A program made the position numbers and the translations under genes. From positions 1,122 to 65,121 of the forward strand of contig JBBDKX010000035.1 of NCBI GenBank assembly GCA_040879145.1: a stretch of DNA of 64,000 nucleotides. Reading direction: 5' to 3'. Positions 9,803-19,083 of this stretch are shown here, in pieces (the stretch's first letter is position 1; the number at the start of each line of letters is the position of its first letter). The stretch comes from Candidatus Spechtbacterales bacterium. Its GTDB lineage: Bacteria; Patescibacteriota; Minisyncoccia; Spechtbacterales; 2-12-FULL-38-22. The notes below the pieces were generated by a model. The model did no database searches, had not been told where the DNA came from, and saw nothing but the letters and a program-made list of their open reading frames with translations.

Positions 9803-10891
9803 CTATGAATCCTTTTCAGGACATAAAGCCACCACAGCGAGTTCAAGCGGTAGTTGCGGCAAGGGTGCCGTTTTCACACTATTGCTTGCTGTAATGAACT
9901 CGCGTATTATATCATAAATTTGTTTTTCCGTCAATTTTTGAGCCCCTAAAGAGGCGGTTTCCGCTTCTTCAGCTGTAAAATTAGCAGTAAGCATCTCTTT
10001 TGAAGACGGACTGAGTTTTAAAAGTAGTAATGTCCGCGCATACTCAATTACATTATTCGCAAACTGACGCATATCCCCTCCCTCTTTATTTAAATTATCT
10101 ATAAACTTAATTGCTTCTTCTTTTTTTAGTTCCGCTATTAGGCCGGTGAAAGAGGCGATTTTTTCAAAATCTGTAACTCCAAGAAGAGAGCGAGCTTTTG
10201 TAGCATCTATATTTCCAACAGAAAGCACCTTGCCTAAAATACTTTCGGCATCACGCAAAGAACCTCCTGAAGCGGCAACTACAAGGCGAATAACATCGTC
10301 ATCAAGTTTTTTATTCTCGCGTTTTATAAGATCACCCAATCTTGTGGTTATCTCTTCTGTGTTTAAATAACGAAAATCAAACCTCTGTGTTCTTGATATT
10401 ATGGTGGGCAAAACCTTATGAGGCTCTGTTGTTGCCAGTACAAAAACCACATGCGCGGGAGGCTCTTCAAGTGTTTTCAAAAGCGCATTAAAAGCATCTT
10501 TTGATAACATGTGTACCTCGTCTATTAGATACACTTTGTACTTTCCTTTGTTGGGTGAAAATCTAACTGCCTCTTTCAACTCTCTTATATCATCTATACC
10601 CCTGTTTGACGCGGCGTCTATCTCTATCAGGTCAACAAAAATTCCCTCGTCTACTTCACGACAAACTTCGCATTTAGCGCATGCCTCACTTTTTTGCTCC
10701 ACACAATTTAAAGTTTTCGCGAAAAGCCGTGCAGTTGTGGTCTTGCCCGTCCCTCGCGGTCCTGTAAACAAATAGGCATGGGCAACCTCATCCATCTTTA
10801 CCGCGTTTTGAAGCGTTGTAATTACATGTTCCTGCCCAACAACTTCACTAAAAGTTTTCGGACGATATTTTCTATATAGTACTTTAGACAT
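9803..10891 (-). CDS. dnaX: DNA polymerase III subunit gamma/tau (short, gamma-like)
   Basis: LYRKYRP, GPRGTGKTT, Zn-binding Cys, EIDAASNRG, DEVHML, FNALLKTLEEPP. Confidence 0.97.
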   Translation of the reverse strand: MSKVLYRKYRPKTFSEVVGQEHVITTLQNAVKMDEVAHAYLFTGPRGTGKTTTARLFAKTLNCVEQKSEACAKCEVCREVDEGIFVDLIEIDAASNRGIDDIRELKEAVRFSPNKGKYKVYLIDEVHMLSKDAFNALLKTLEEPPAHVVFVLATTEPHKVLPTIISRTQRFDFRYLNTEEITTRLGDLIKRENKKLDDDVIRLVVAASGGSLRDAESILGKVLSVGNIDATKARSLLGVTDFEKIASFTGLIAELKKEEAIKFIDNLNKEGGDMRQFANNVIEYARTLLLLKLSPSSKEMLTANFTAEEAETASLGAQKLTEKQIYDIIREFITASNSVKTAPLPQLPLELAVVALCPEKDS

Positions 10892-10935
10892 ATAAATATT
10901 TATAAAGATTAAAATTTATTTACACAATATAATTT

Positions 10936-11051
10936 AAAATATCGTCCGAGGGAAGGGGTCGGGAAACGGAAGTTTCCCGTGGCGAATGTCGTTTTGCCCT
11001 GAGCTTGCCGAAGGACGACGGTCGCTATTTTCTATATAGTACCTTACTCAT
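10936..11051 (-). mobile_element. Element enclosed by direct and inverted copies of the dnaX 5' end; includes mini-ORF MSKVLYRK* (11025-11051)
   Basis: 11019-11051 resembles dnaX codons 1-11; 10936-10949 is the exact inverse of 10858-10871; core 10951-10997 is shared with 8546-8592. Confidence 0.65.
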
Positions 11052-11131
11052 AGTCAAATATTATCACAAACGCGGAGCAAAAGAAAATCCCACTACTTAC
11101 AGTAGCGGGATTAAAAATTAAAGAATAATAT

Positions 11132-12409
11132 TTAGAGACTGGAAAAAAGCGTATCTTTCATTGAGCCCTTGTGCGGTCCTACCACAGCAAGCTGAAGGTT
11201 TGGTCCGAAAAAGACTTTAGGAACCAGGCCAACCACCTCTTTAGCGGTTACTCTTTCCCTGTTTTCCATCTCCTCTTTAGGAGTCGAGAAAGTGCCCGAG
11301 TACAAAAATTCCATAGCTAGCGAACTGGCAACAGAAGAACGGCTCTCGGATAAGCGAGAGAAACCAGACCTTAGCATGTTCTTTGCTTTGGCAAGCTCCC
11401 CTTCCGATATGCCGTGTTCCAATAAATTCGCGAACTCACGCCTTATAACCATAATGGTTTCCCCCACCTTAGATGGGTCTGTTCCCGCAGACACATAAGT
11501 AAACCCTGTATCTGTCGCCTGTTGGCTGGAGGAACTGACTGTATAGGCAAGGCCTCTGTTTTCACGAACTTCGCGAAAAAGCCTTGAACTCATGCCTTTG
11601 CCCAAAATGGTGGTTAAAAGATCCAGAGCCGGCACCTCAGGAGAACCGAAAGGAAATGATTTTGCCGCCAAAACAAAACTGCTTTGGGGTATGTCTTTGT
11701 ACGCCACCGATACGCGTTCCACTTTTTTGTTTTCAAGCGGAGGCATTTGAGGGCGCTCCCCTTGTGGAACGTCAGCGTAAAACTCATTGAGTATTGCCAG
11801 GGCTTTGTTTTCAGGCGGCAGATTTCCCGCAACCACGATAACCAAATTATTGCGGTTGAAATATTTTCTGTGCCAATAACGAAGCTTGTCAGTAGTGGTA
11901 CTTGCCACGGCTTCTCTTGTGCCTATCGTATTTTGCCCGGCAGGCTGGTCTCCATAAAGCATGGGCATTATCATGTCACCCAAAACATCACCCACATCTG
12001 ATTCCGAGCGTGCCATCTCCTGAAACACAACCAATTTTTCTTTTTCAAGCTCGCTTCCCCGCATAATGGGGTTTATTATCTGGTCCGACATGATGTCGGC
12101 AACACGGGCAAAATGCTCTACGAGAGCATCCACATAAAACCAAATAAACTCATTGTTGGTAAAAGCATTGTTGCTTGCGCCCATATCACTAAGTTCTACC
12201 GCAATCTCATGAGCTGTCTTTCTTCTTTTTGTACCTTTGAACATCATGTGTTCAAGTAAATGAGATATTCCGTTTCGCTTTGGGCTCTCGTACCTGCTTC
12301 CCGCACGCACAGCGCATATGTGGGTAAAAAAACCCGTACCGCGCATGGGAACCATAAGTACTGGAATACCATTATCCAGCTTTCGTTCTATTATTCTAAG
12401 GTCAATCAT
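11132..12409 (-). CDS. M16 (pitrilysin-family) zinc peptidase
   Basis: GISHLLEHMMFKGT (HxxEH), NAFT, SSRLFREVRENRGLAY; SD AAGGAGG. Confidence 0.93.
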   Translation of the reverse strand: MIDLRIIERKLDNGIPVLMVPMRGTGFFTHICAVRAGSRYESPKRNGISHLLEHMMFKGTKRRKTAHEIAVELSDMGASNNAFTNNEFIWFYVDALVEHFARVADIMSDQIINPIMRGSELEKEKLVVFQEMARSESDVGDVLGDMIMPMLYGDQPAGQNTIGTREAVASTTTDKLRYWHRKYFNRNNLVIVVAGNLPPENKALAILNEFYADVPQGERPQMPPLENKKVERVSVAYKDIPQSSFVLAAKSFPFGSPEVPALDLLTTILGKGMSSRLFREVRENRGLAYTVSSSSQQATDTGFTYVSAGTDPSKVGETIMVIRREFANLLEHGISEGELAKAKNMLRSGFSRLSESRSSVASSLAMEFLYSGTFSTPKEEMENRERVTAKEVVGLVPKVFFGPNLQLAVVGPHKGSMKDTLFSSL

Positions 12410-12511
12410 GTTGACCCTCCTTTTAAAGAGCTTGTTAACTGCGCAAACTATAACACAGAACCATAAAAAAATAAACCCCTCACATCCTTGCATGTGAGGG
12501 GTTTTAAAAAA

Positions 12512-13810
12512 CTACCTTATTATTGTTTGCTCTCTGTGAGGTCCTACAGAGATAAATTTTGCTTTTGTCTTCATTGCGTCCTCTATCGCGCGTACATAAG
12601 CGCGAGCCTTCTTTGGCAGACGGGAATATTTGGTAATTCCCGAAATATCACTATTCCAACCATCAACCGGACGCAAGGCGGCCTGAGAACCTTCTTCCAA
12701 ACCGCAGGATACATCTTCGCAAACTGCCTGTTCATGTTCGCTGCAATTTTTATAACCAATCCCCACATAAAACTGCGGTAAACTATGTAAGACGTCAATC
12801 TTTGTAACCGCAATTGATGTAAAATCATTCCGCCTGTTCGCGTAAGATAAAAGAGGAAGGTCCAGCCACCCACACGCGCGCGGACGCCCTGTTGTAGCTC
12901 CGTATTCTTTGCCCCATTCACGGAGTTTATTATCCATAGCTCCTTCAAGTTTTGTAGGAAAAGCACCGGGACCAACCCGCGTACTATACGCTTTTACAAC
13001 GCCTATGCGCTCGTCTATGCGATTTGCGGGTATACCCGACCCTTGAGACGCGGCAGCAATCGTACAGGCACTTGAAGTGCAAAAAGGATACGTTCCGTGG
13101 TCTATATCCAAAAGCATGGCCTGCGCGCCTTCCAAAAGTATATTAGACCCCCTGTTTAAATACGAGTCTATCTCATTTTCGGCATTACATATCAGCCCGC
13201 GAACCTGCTCCGCGTATTCCATAAATTCACGGTACATCACTGAGGGGTTTGGTATATCCCAGTGTCTGTATAAAATCTGTAGGATAAGTTCGTACTCATT
13301 GTATTGATCAAAAAACCTATCTCTAAAATCGGTTCTCAGCAAATCGCCCGCGCGAAAACCTTTGCGGGCATGCTTAGCCGCAAATACAGGACCCATTCCT
13401 CTTTTGGTAGTTCCTATTTTTTTCTTTGGAGAACGTTTTAGCTCTTCAGCTTCGTCCAATAACACATGCCAGGGCATAACAAGATGCGCTTTTTTGCTGA
13501 TAATAACATTGTTTACATTCAGGCCTCCGGATTTAAGCTCGCTTATCTCCTGGGCAAGAGTAGGTATATGAACCGCGGTTCCCGCACCTATTACGTTCAA
13601 CGTTCTACTGTTGAACACTCCGGCGGGAACAATGTGAAGCTTTGCCACACCTTCGGGCATATCTTTGGTATGCTCGTTTTCTATTGTATGCCCGGCATTA
13701 TTACCTCCGTTAAAACGAATTACCATGTCAGCATCCTGTGCTAAAAGGTCAACTATTTTCCCTTTTCCTTCATCGCCCCACTGGGTTCCAATTACTGCGG
13801 TTACGGGCAT
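12512..13810 (-). CDS. purA: Adenylosuccinate synthetase
   Basis: QWGDEGKGK, GGNNAGHT, IGTTKRGMGP, EGAQ, GATTGRPR. Confidence 0.97.
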   Translation of the reverse strand: MPVTAVIGTQWGDEGKGKIVDLLAQDADMVIRFNGGNNAGHTIENEHTKDMPEGVAKLHIVPAGVFNSRTLNVIGAGTAVHIPTLAQEISELKSGGLNVNNVIISKKAHLVMPWHVLLDEAEELKRSPKKKIGTTKRGMGPVFAAKHARKGFRAGDLLRTDFRDRFFDQYNEYELILQILYRHWDIPNPSVMYREFMEYAEQVRGLICNAENEIDSYLNRGSNILLEGAQAMLLDIDHGTYPFCTSSACTIAAASQGSGIPANRIDERIGVVKAYSTRVGPGAFPTKLEGAMDNKLREWGKEYGATTGRPRACGWLDLPLLSYANRRNDFTSIAVTKIDVLHSLPQFYVGIGYKNCSEHEQAVCEDVSCGLEEGSQAALRPVDGWNSDISGITKYSRLPKKARAYVRAIEDAMKTKAKFISVGPHREQTIIR

Positions 13811-13921
13811 TTATGCCTCCTTTTTTAAAATAACTGCCATTATTGTACACTACGAATGAAAAAAATAAAACAGGCATTTAGCCTGTTTTATTAAACTCTG
13901 TTATTTAAAAAATCGTAAATT

Positions 13922-15397
13922 TTATTTGGGTCTCATTGTCGGAAACAGTATAGATTCACGCAAAGCATGCGTACCCGTTAAAAACGCGGTAATACGATCT
14001 ACTCCCATCCCAAAACCAAAGGCAGGAGGCATGCCGTACTCCAAAGCTTCCACAAAATCCTCGTCCATAAACTGCGCTTCATCGTCTCCTTTTTTGCGGA
14101 GTTTTTCCTGTTTTTCAAAAAATTCACGCTGGCGTACAGGATCATTCAACTCCGAATACCCCTTTACAAGCTCCCACCCCGCTATTGCAAGCTGAAAACT
14201 TGCGGCATACTCCGGATTATCCTCAAGCGGTTTCGCCAATGGAAGCATCTCGCTTGGATGGTGTATAACAAATGTCGGATCAGATATTTTAGGCAGGCAA
14301 TATTTTTTATATATAGCATCAGCTACTTCTGTTTTTGAATACACATCCTTTTTTATATCAACGCCAAGTTCCCCGGCCTTTTTCTTTAATGCTTCAAAAT
14401 CATAGTCATCATAATTTACATCAGCATATTTCTGTAAAAGTTCGTTAAACCCTATGCGCTCCCACGGTGTTTTAAAGTTTATTTTTTTACCTTCATACTC
14501 ATAAACTGTTTTTCCCACAACTTTTTTTGCAAGATTTTTAACAAGCCTCTCTGTAAGTTTCATACCCTCTTTATAGTCGGAATACGCCCAGTAAAATTCA
14601 AGCATTGTAAACTCCGGGTTATGCGAATAATCCACACCCTCATTCCTAAAATTCCTGCCAAGTTCATAAACCTTTTCCATACCTCCAACTAAAAGGCGTT
14701 TTAGATAAAGCTCCGGCGCTACGCGTAAATACATATCCATATTCAGAGCGTTTAAATGGGTTTCAAAAGGGCGCGCCATAGCACCCCCGGGAATGGTTTG
14801 CAACATGGGTGTTTCAACCTCCATAAAACCTTCTTTTTCCAAAAAATTACGGCATTCAGAAATTATGCGCGAGCGCGTTTCAAATATTTCGCGTGTATCA
14901 TCATTCATTAAAATATCCAGATATCTTTTGCGGTATCTTTGCTCAATATCTTTTAGTCCGTGCCACTTTTCAGGAAGCGGACGTATAGACTTTGCTATAA
15001 CATCAAACTTTTTAACATCCAGGGTTTTCTCTCCCCTTTTTGTTGTAAAAAGAGTACCTTCTATGTTTAAAAAATCTCCCACATCAAGCAGAGCTTCCAC
15101 GTCTTCATATATATTTTTACCTAAGCCATCCTCTCTAAAAGCAATTTGTATAGAACCGGAACCATCTTTTATATTCCCAAAGGTAAGTTTTCCGTGCTGG
15201 CGTATAGACATAAGACGACCGGACAGGCGCACCAGTTTTTCCGCTTTAGACAGCTTGGCAAAATCGCTCAAAAGCTCATGGGTTGCATGAGTGTTTTTTA
15301 CGCTTACAGGATAGGGATTGTGCTGTCTTTCAATAAGCACCTTACGCTTACTTAAACGATTTTTTATTATTTCTTTAAGTGTTCTTTTTTCTGTCAT
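13922..15397 (-). CDS. lysS: Lysine--tRNA ligase (class II)
   Basis: PLPEKWHGL, RYRKRYLD, EVETP, FRNEG, HNPEFTMLE, EYGMPP. Confidence 0.98.
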   Translation of the reverse strand: MTEKRTLKEIIKNRLSKRKVLIERQHNPYPVSVKNTHATHELLSDFAKLSKAEKLVRLSGRLMSIRQHGKLTFGNIKDGSGSIQIAFREDGLGKNIYEDVEALLDVGDFLNIEGTLFTTKRGEKTLDVKKFDVIAKSIRPLPEKWHGLKDIEQRYRKRYLDILMNDDTREIFETRSRIISECRNFLEKEGFMEVETPMLQTIPGGAMARPFETHLNALNMDMYLRVAPELYLKRLLVGGMEKVYELGRNFRNEGVDYSHNPEFTMLEFYWAYSDYKEGMKLTERLVKNLAKKVVGKTVYEYEGKKINFKTPWERIGFNELLQKYADVNYDDYDFEALKKKAGELGVDIKKDVYSKTEVADAIYKKYCLPKISDPTFVIHHPSEMLPLAKPLEDNPEYAASFQLAIAGWELVKGYSELNDPVRQREFFEKQEKLRKKGDDEAQFMDEDFVEALEYGMPPAFGFGMGVDRITAFLTGTHALRESILFPTMRPK

Positions 15398-15451
15398 TTT
15401 TAAAACTTATACTAGTACCCTTATATTTTATTATACCTTAATCCAAAAATA

Positions 15452-15500
15452 AACCCCGTTAGAAGCAGGAAGCAAAACGCTATCCATTTTCTAACAGGGT
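15452..15500. repeat. ACCCCGTTAGAA...TTCTAACAGGGT palindromic element
   Basis: Terminal inverted repeat around an unrelated loop. Confidence 0.6.
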
Positions 15501-15506
15501 ACACAC

Positions 15507-16370
15507 TTACTCAGAATTATTACTCTTTTCAGTATCAATTATCCTTATATTCTCTTCGGCGAGTTCCCAAAGCTGCCTGCGCGCTTCTTGTTCCGCGTTC
15601 TTGCGCATACCAGCGACAATTTCTTCCGCTTCCTCGCGCGACTGCCCCGTTGATTCCACAATACTCTCTATGAGCTCTTCGGTCATCTCAGGAGAATAAA
15701 AACCTGTTTCAAAATCTCTGGCAATATGCTCTTCTATCATTCGCTCCATGTCAAAAAGGGCGACTATCTGCTTTCCCATATGTCTTTTTTCCGGGGAAAC
15801 CATTCCGACAGCGCGCCTTGATGCCACAGCCCTTTCGGCAAGCAAAATCTCGCGTTCGTACCATCCGACAAGAATGGTAAGGTGCATGCGCAGCGAGTGT
15901 CCGCAAGGCAGAAATTCAGACGCTCTTCCATCTTCCTCGCAGTCTCCATTTCCACAAGGACATCCCGAAGATGTTTGCCCAAGCTCTTTTCCCGCCTTTT
16001 CGAGCAAGTCTTCCAATTCCTTAATCCTGTTAGTTTTCAGATACTCATTCTTCACAAATATCTGATAAAAAGGAATAAGTGAGGTAAAAAATCCAACATC
16101 GTCACCTGCAGGGGTAACATTAATACCCGGGGGCAGTTCCAAGTCGCTATTTGCGAGCTTATACGCGTCATTTACAACTCTGAAAGTCTCCAAAAAAGTC
16201 TTAACTGTAGTATTGTCGCCGGAAATTAGCTTATCGCGAACCATTGTGTCCAGAATGTCATAGAAGACATGTGCTTCAAAAGCGCCAAACCTCCAAACTT
16301 CTCCGGGCAGCGGTTCTCTGACAGAATTATCGCGTACAAAGTTAAAGATAGATTCTTCAGAAATTCCCAT
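15507..16370 (-). CDS. Hypothetical helical protein with Cys cluster (CPCGNGDC...PCGH)
   Basis: Long ORF, SD AAAGGAGGT, upstream TTGACA-type promoter. Confidence 0.75.
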   Translation of the reverse strand: MGISEESIFNFVRDNSVREPLPGEVWRFGAFEAHVFYDILDTMVRDKLISGDNTTVKTFLETFRVVNDAYKLANSDLELPPGINVTPAGDDVGFFTSLIPFYQIFVKNEYLKTNRIKELEDLLEKAGKELGQTSSGCPCGNGDCEEDGRASEFLPCGHSLRMHLTILVGWYEREILLAERAVASRRAVGMVSPEKRHMGKQIVALFDMERMIEEHIARDFETGFYSPEMTEELIESIVESTGQSREEAEEIVAGMRKNAEQEARRQLWELAEENIRIIDTEKSNNSE

Positions 16371-16504
16371 ATTTAGACCTCCTTTCTGTAAGGTACTATT
16401 TGAGCTTAAAATACTACAAAAACAAGTTTTTGTCAAACCTAAAAAATTGACTCATGACCCTGAGTTAATTATAAAAAAACGACTCATAGTGATGAGTCGT
16501 TTTT

Positions 16505-16960
16505 TTATGCGATTTTTGTTATCCTATATTTCCTTTTTCCTTTCGGTGTATGCACCTCTACATCCTCGCCCACTTTTTTGCCCATAAGGGCTCTCCCTAA
16601 TGGAGATGCGGCTGATATTTTACCCGCCGAAGCATCCGCCTCTTCGGTGCTTACCAACACAACTTTTGACTTATTGTTTGAAGTGGTTGCAAACTCCACA
16701 CTGGCGCCAACACTTACAATATCCTTATTCCTGCGTTTTATGATTACAGCTATGCGAATCTTCTGCTCCAGTTCTTCTACTCTACTTTCCAAAGCAGTCT
16801 GGGCTTCTTTAGCAGCAAGATAATCGGCGTTTTCATCCATATCTCCCTGTTGAGCCGCCTCTCTTAACCATTCCGCTATCTCCCACTTTTTTACTGTTTT
16901 AAGTTCTTCCAACTCACGTTTGAGCTGATCCAGCCCTTTCTTAGTAAAATATTCTTCCAT
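16505..16960 (-). CDS. greA: Transcription elongation factor GreA
   Basis: GDMDENADY, ISAASPLGRALMG. Confidence 0.93.
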   Translation of the reverse strand: MEEYFTKKGLDQLKRELEELKTVKKWEIAEWLREAAQQGDMDENADYLAAKEAQTALESRVEELEQKIRIAVIIKRRNKDIVSVGASVEFATTSNNKSKVVLVSTEEADASAGKISAASPLGRALMGKKVGEDVEVHTPKGKRKYRITKIA

Positions 16961-17053
16961 AAAATAGGACGCAAAACCTTGCAGGGTTGTGGGTTGTTAA
17001 TATATCCCACATTCCACAATGCAAACAACTTTTTTATTTTGCGCTGCTTTAAA

Positions 17054-19075
17054 TTAATTAATATTTTCCGAAACATCTTCAGAAACCGTCTCCGCTTCAG
17101 GCGCCGTTTGTACGGGAACAGGTTTCGGATAAAGCTCCGGGTGCCAGATTTTAAAATAAGAATCCAATATTCTGTATGCCACACGTACCGCGTTGTTACT
17201 GCCCTCTCCTTCTTCAAGCAAAACGGTAATTGTCACTTCAGGATTCTCATACGGTGCGAAACCTGTAAACCACGCGTTGTTCTTTCTTGCCGTCTGAGCC
17301 GTCCCTGTCTTTCCCGCCGAAGTTACCGGCAAATTTCTAAAATAAATACTGCTTCCTGTCTGAACTGCCTGCCTCATTCCCTCTCTCACAACATTAATGG
17401 AACTTTGGGAAAGGAAATTTTCATTAATTATATCATTCTTTCCGGACTCCTGCATTACACCATCCTGTGAATAAATCCCGGAAACAATATTGGGCCTAAA
17501 AAGGGTTCCTCCGTTAGCAAACACAGATGTGGCTGCAGCCACTTGCAGTGGTGTTGCAAGAATATCCCCCTGTCCTATGCTGGCGTTATAAGTATCTCCT
17601 ATCTGCCAGCGCTCACCTTTTGTCTCCATTTTCCACTCAGGATCAGGTACACGTCCGGAACTTTCGGAACCAAAATTTATACCAAGCTGCGTGCCCCATC
17701 CAAACTCTTTCAACCAGCGTGCCATTCTTTCTATGCCCAAACCTTTTTGGGACTCATAACCGCCTCCTATCGTGTAGAAATATACATTACTTGATACAGC
17801 AATTGCACCCCTCATGTCAACAGCTCCATGATTTTTGTTGTCATTAAAACGATAAACAACAGAGGGATCGTATACGCTTGGTACACTGATATAGCCGTGA
17901 GTTTGCAGTACTTTATCCGCGCTTATTATGCCCTCTTCAAGAGCCGCAGCCGCTATAAAAGGTTTGATAACAGACCCGGTAGCATACTCTCCAAGCGCTA
18001 CTCTGTTAATAAGAGGGCTTTTGGGGTCTTGAAAATATGCCTCTGCCTGTCCTTCTGTAAGGCCCGCAACAAAGTGGTTTGGGTCAAAGTCAGGCAGACT
18101 AACCATCGCAAGTATGTCACCGTTAGAGGGGTTCATAACCACGGCAGCAACAGAGGTAATTCCGTACTCGCGCAGGGAATCCTTCAGTATCTGATAGGTC
18201 TCGGTCTGTAGCCTGTTGTCTAAAGTCAGCTGTATAGAACTTCCCTCTTTTACGGGTTGCAGAACTTTTTCCTCCACAACATCTCCTTTTGCGGTTACAA
18301 ATTTAGCAAAAAGACCCTTAGTACCCCGTAAAAACCTCTCATAATAGAACTCTACACCCTTTTTACCAACGTTATCCGTCAAAGAGTACCCTGACAGCTT
18401 TTCTGTCTCTTCGGCCGTAATAGAGGCAGTATAGCCTATCAGATGCGAATATACGCTACCATGCGGATAAACTCTCTGGGGGCGCTCCTCAAGGGAGAGT
18501 GGCGGATAATCAGTCAATAAAGACCTCACTCGCGAAACCTCAGATTCTGTGAGGTTTTTTGCTATAACAAGACTGCCAAGATTTCGCTCCTGAGCGGAAG
18601 ATATAATTCTATAAAAATAGTCACTTGAAAATCTGTCAAAATATTGCGCCAAAGAAACAGAGAGGTTTTCAGCTTCCTCTTCAGGAAGCTTGCTTGGATC
18701 CAGTATTAAATTAAAGCCAAGCTCGGAGTAAGCGAGTACTTCACCATCAGAAGATGTTATCTCACCCCGAGGAGCGCCCATGTCATGAACTCTTTGCGCG
18801 TTAAGCGTAGCTAATTCTTTGTACTCATTCCCATAACGCACATTGAGATACACACCATAACCTGCCAAAAAAACGAGTATCGCAAATATTCCCAAAAAAA
18901 AGATACGAGTAGATGTGGGATTAACCGGAACTTCCAGTTTTTGCTCTCCATCTTCAAAAAGCGGACTTGAGGCATCACTAAAAACATCTTCAGGAGTAAT
19001 ATCGCTTCTTGCATGAAGAGGCACCCAAAGATCAGATGGGTGCTTAGAGCGTTTCAAGCTGTTAAACAAAGGCAT
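17054..19075 (-). CDS. mrdA: Penicillin-binding protein 2 (class B transpeptidase)
   Basis: APRGEI, SVIK (SxxK), SSN, KTGTAQ; directly downstream of mreB. Confidence 0.9.
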   Translation of the reverse strand: MPLFNSLKRSKHPSDLWVPLHARSDITPEDVFSDASSPLFEDGEQKLEVPVNPTSTRIFFLGIFAILVFLAGYGVYLNVRYGNEYKELATLNAQRVHDMGAPRGEITSSDGEVLAYSELGFNLILDPSKLPEEEAENLSVSLAQYFDRFSSDYFYRIISSAQERNLGSLVIAKNLTESEVSRVRSLLTDYPPLSLEERPQRVYPHGSVYSHLIGYTASITAEETEKLSGYSLTDNVGKKGVEFYYERFLRGTKGLFAKFVTAKGDVVEEKVLQPVKEGSSIQLTLDNRLQTETYQILKDSLREYGITSVAAVVMNPSNGDILAMVSLPDFDPNHFVAGLTEGQAEAYFQDPKSPLINRVALGEYATGSVIKPFIAAAALEEGIISADKVLQTHGYISVPSVYDPSVVYRFNDNKNHGAVDMRGAIAVSSNVYFYTIGGGYESQKGLGIERMARWLKEFGWGTQLGINFGSESSGRVPDPEWKMETKGERWQIGDTYNASIGQGDILATPLQVAAATSVFANGGTLFRPNIVSGIYSQDGVMQESGKNDIINENFLSQSSINVVREGMRQAVQTGSSIYFRNLPVTSAGKTGTAQTARKNNAWFTGFAPYENPEVTITVLLEEGEGSNNAVRVAYRILDSYFKIWHPELYPKPVPVQTAPEAETVSEDVSENIN

Positions 19076-19083
19076 ATTTCCTT

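Noticed and set aside
12512-13810. PurZ (2-aminoadenine pathway) call
   Set aside because: It keeps the PurA GDEGKG Asp, and no datZ/mazZ or phage polymerase is adjacent.
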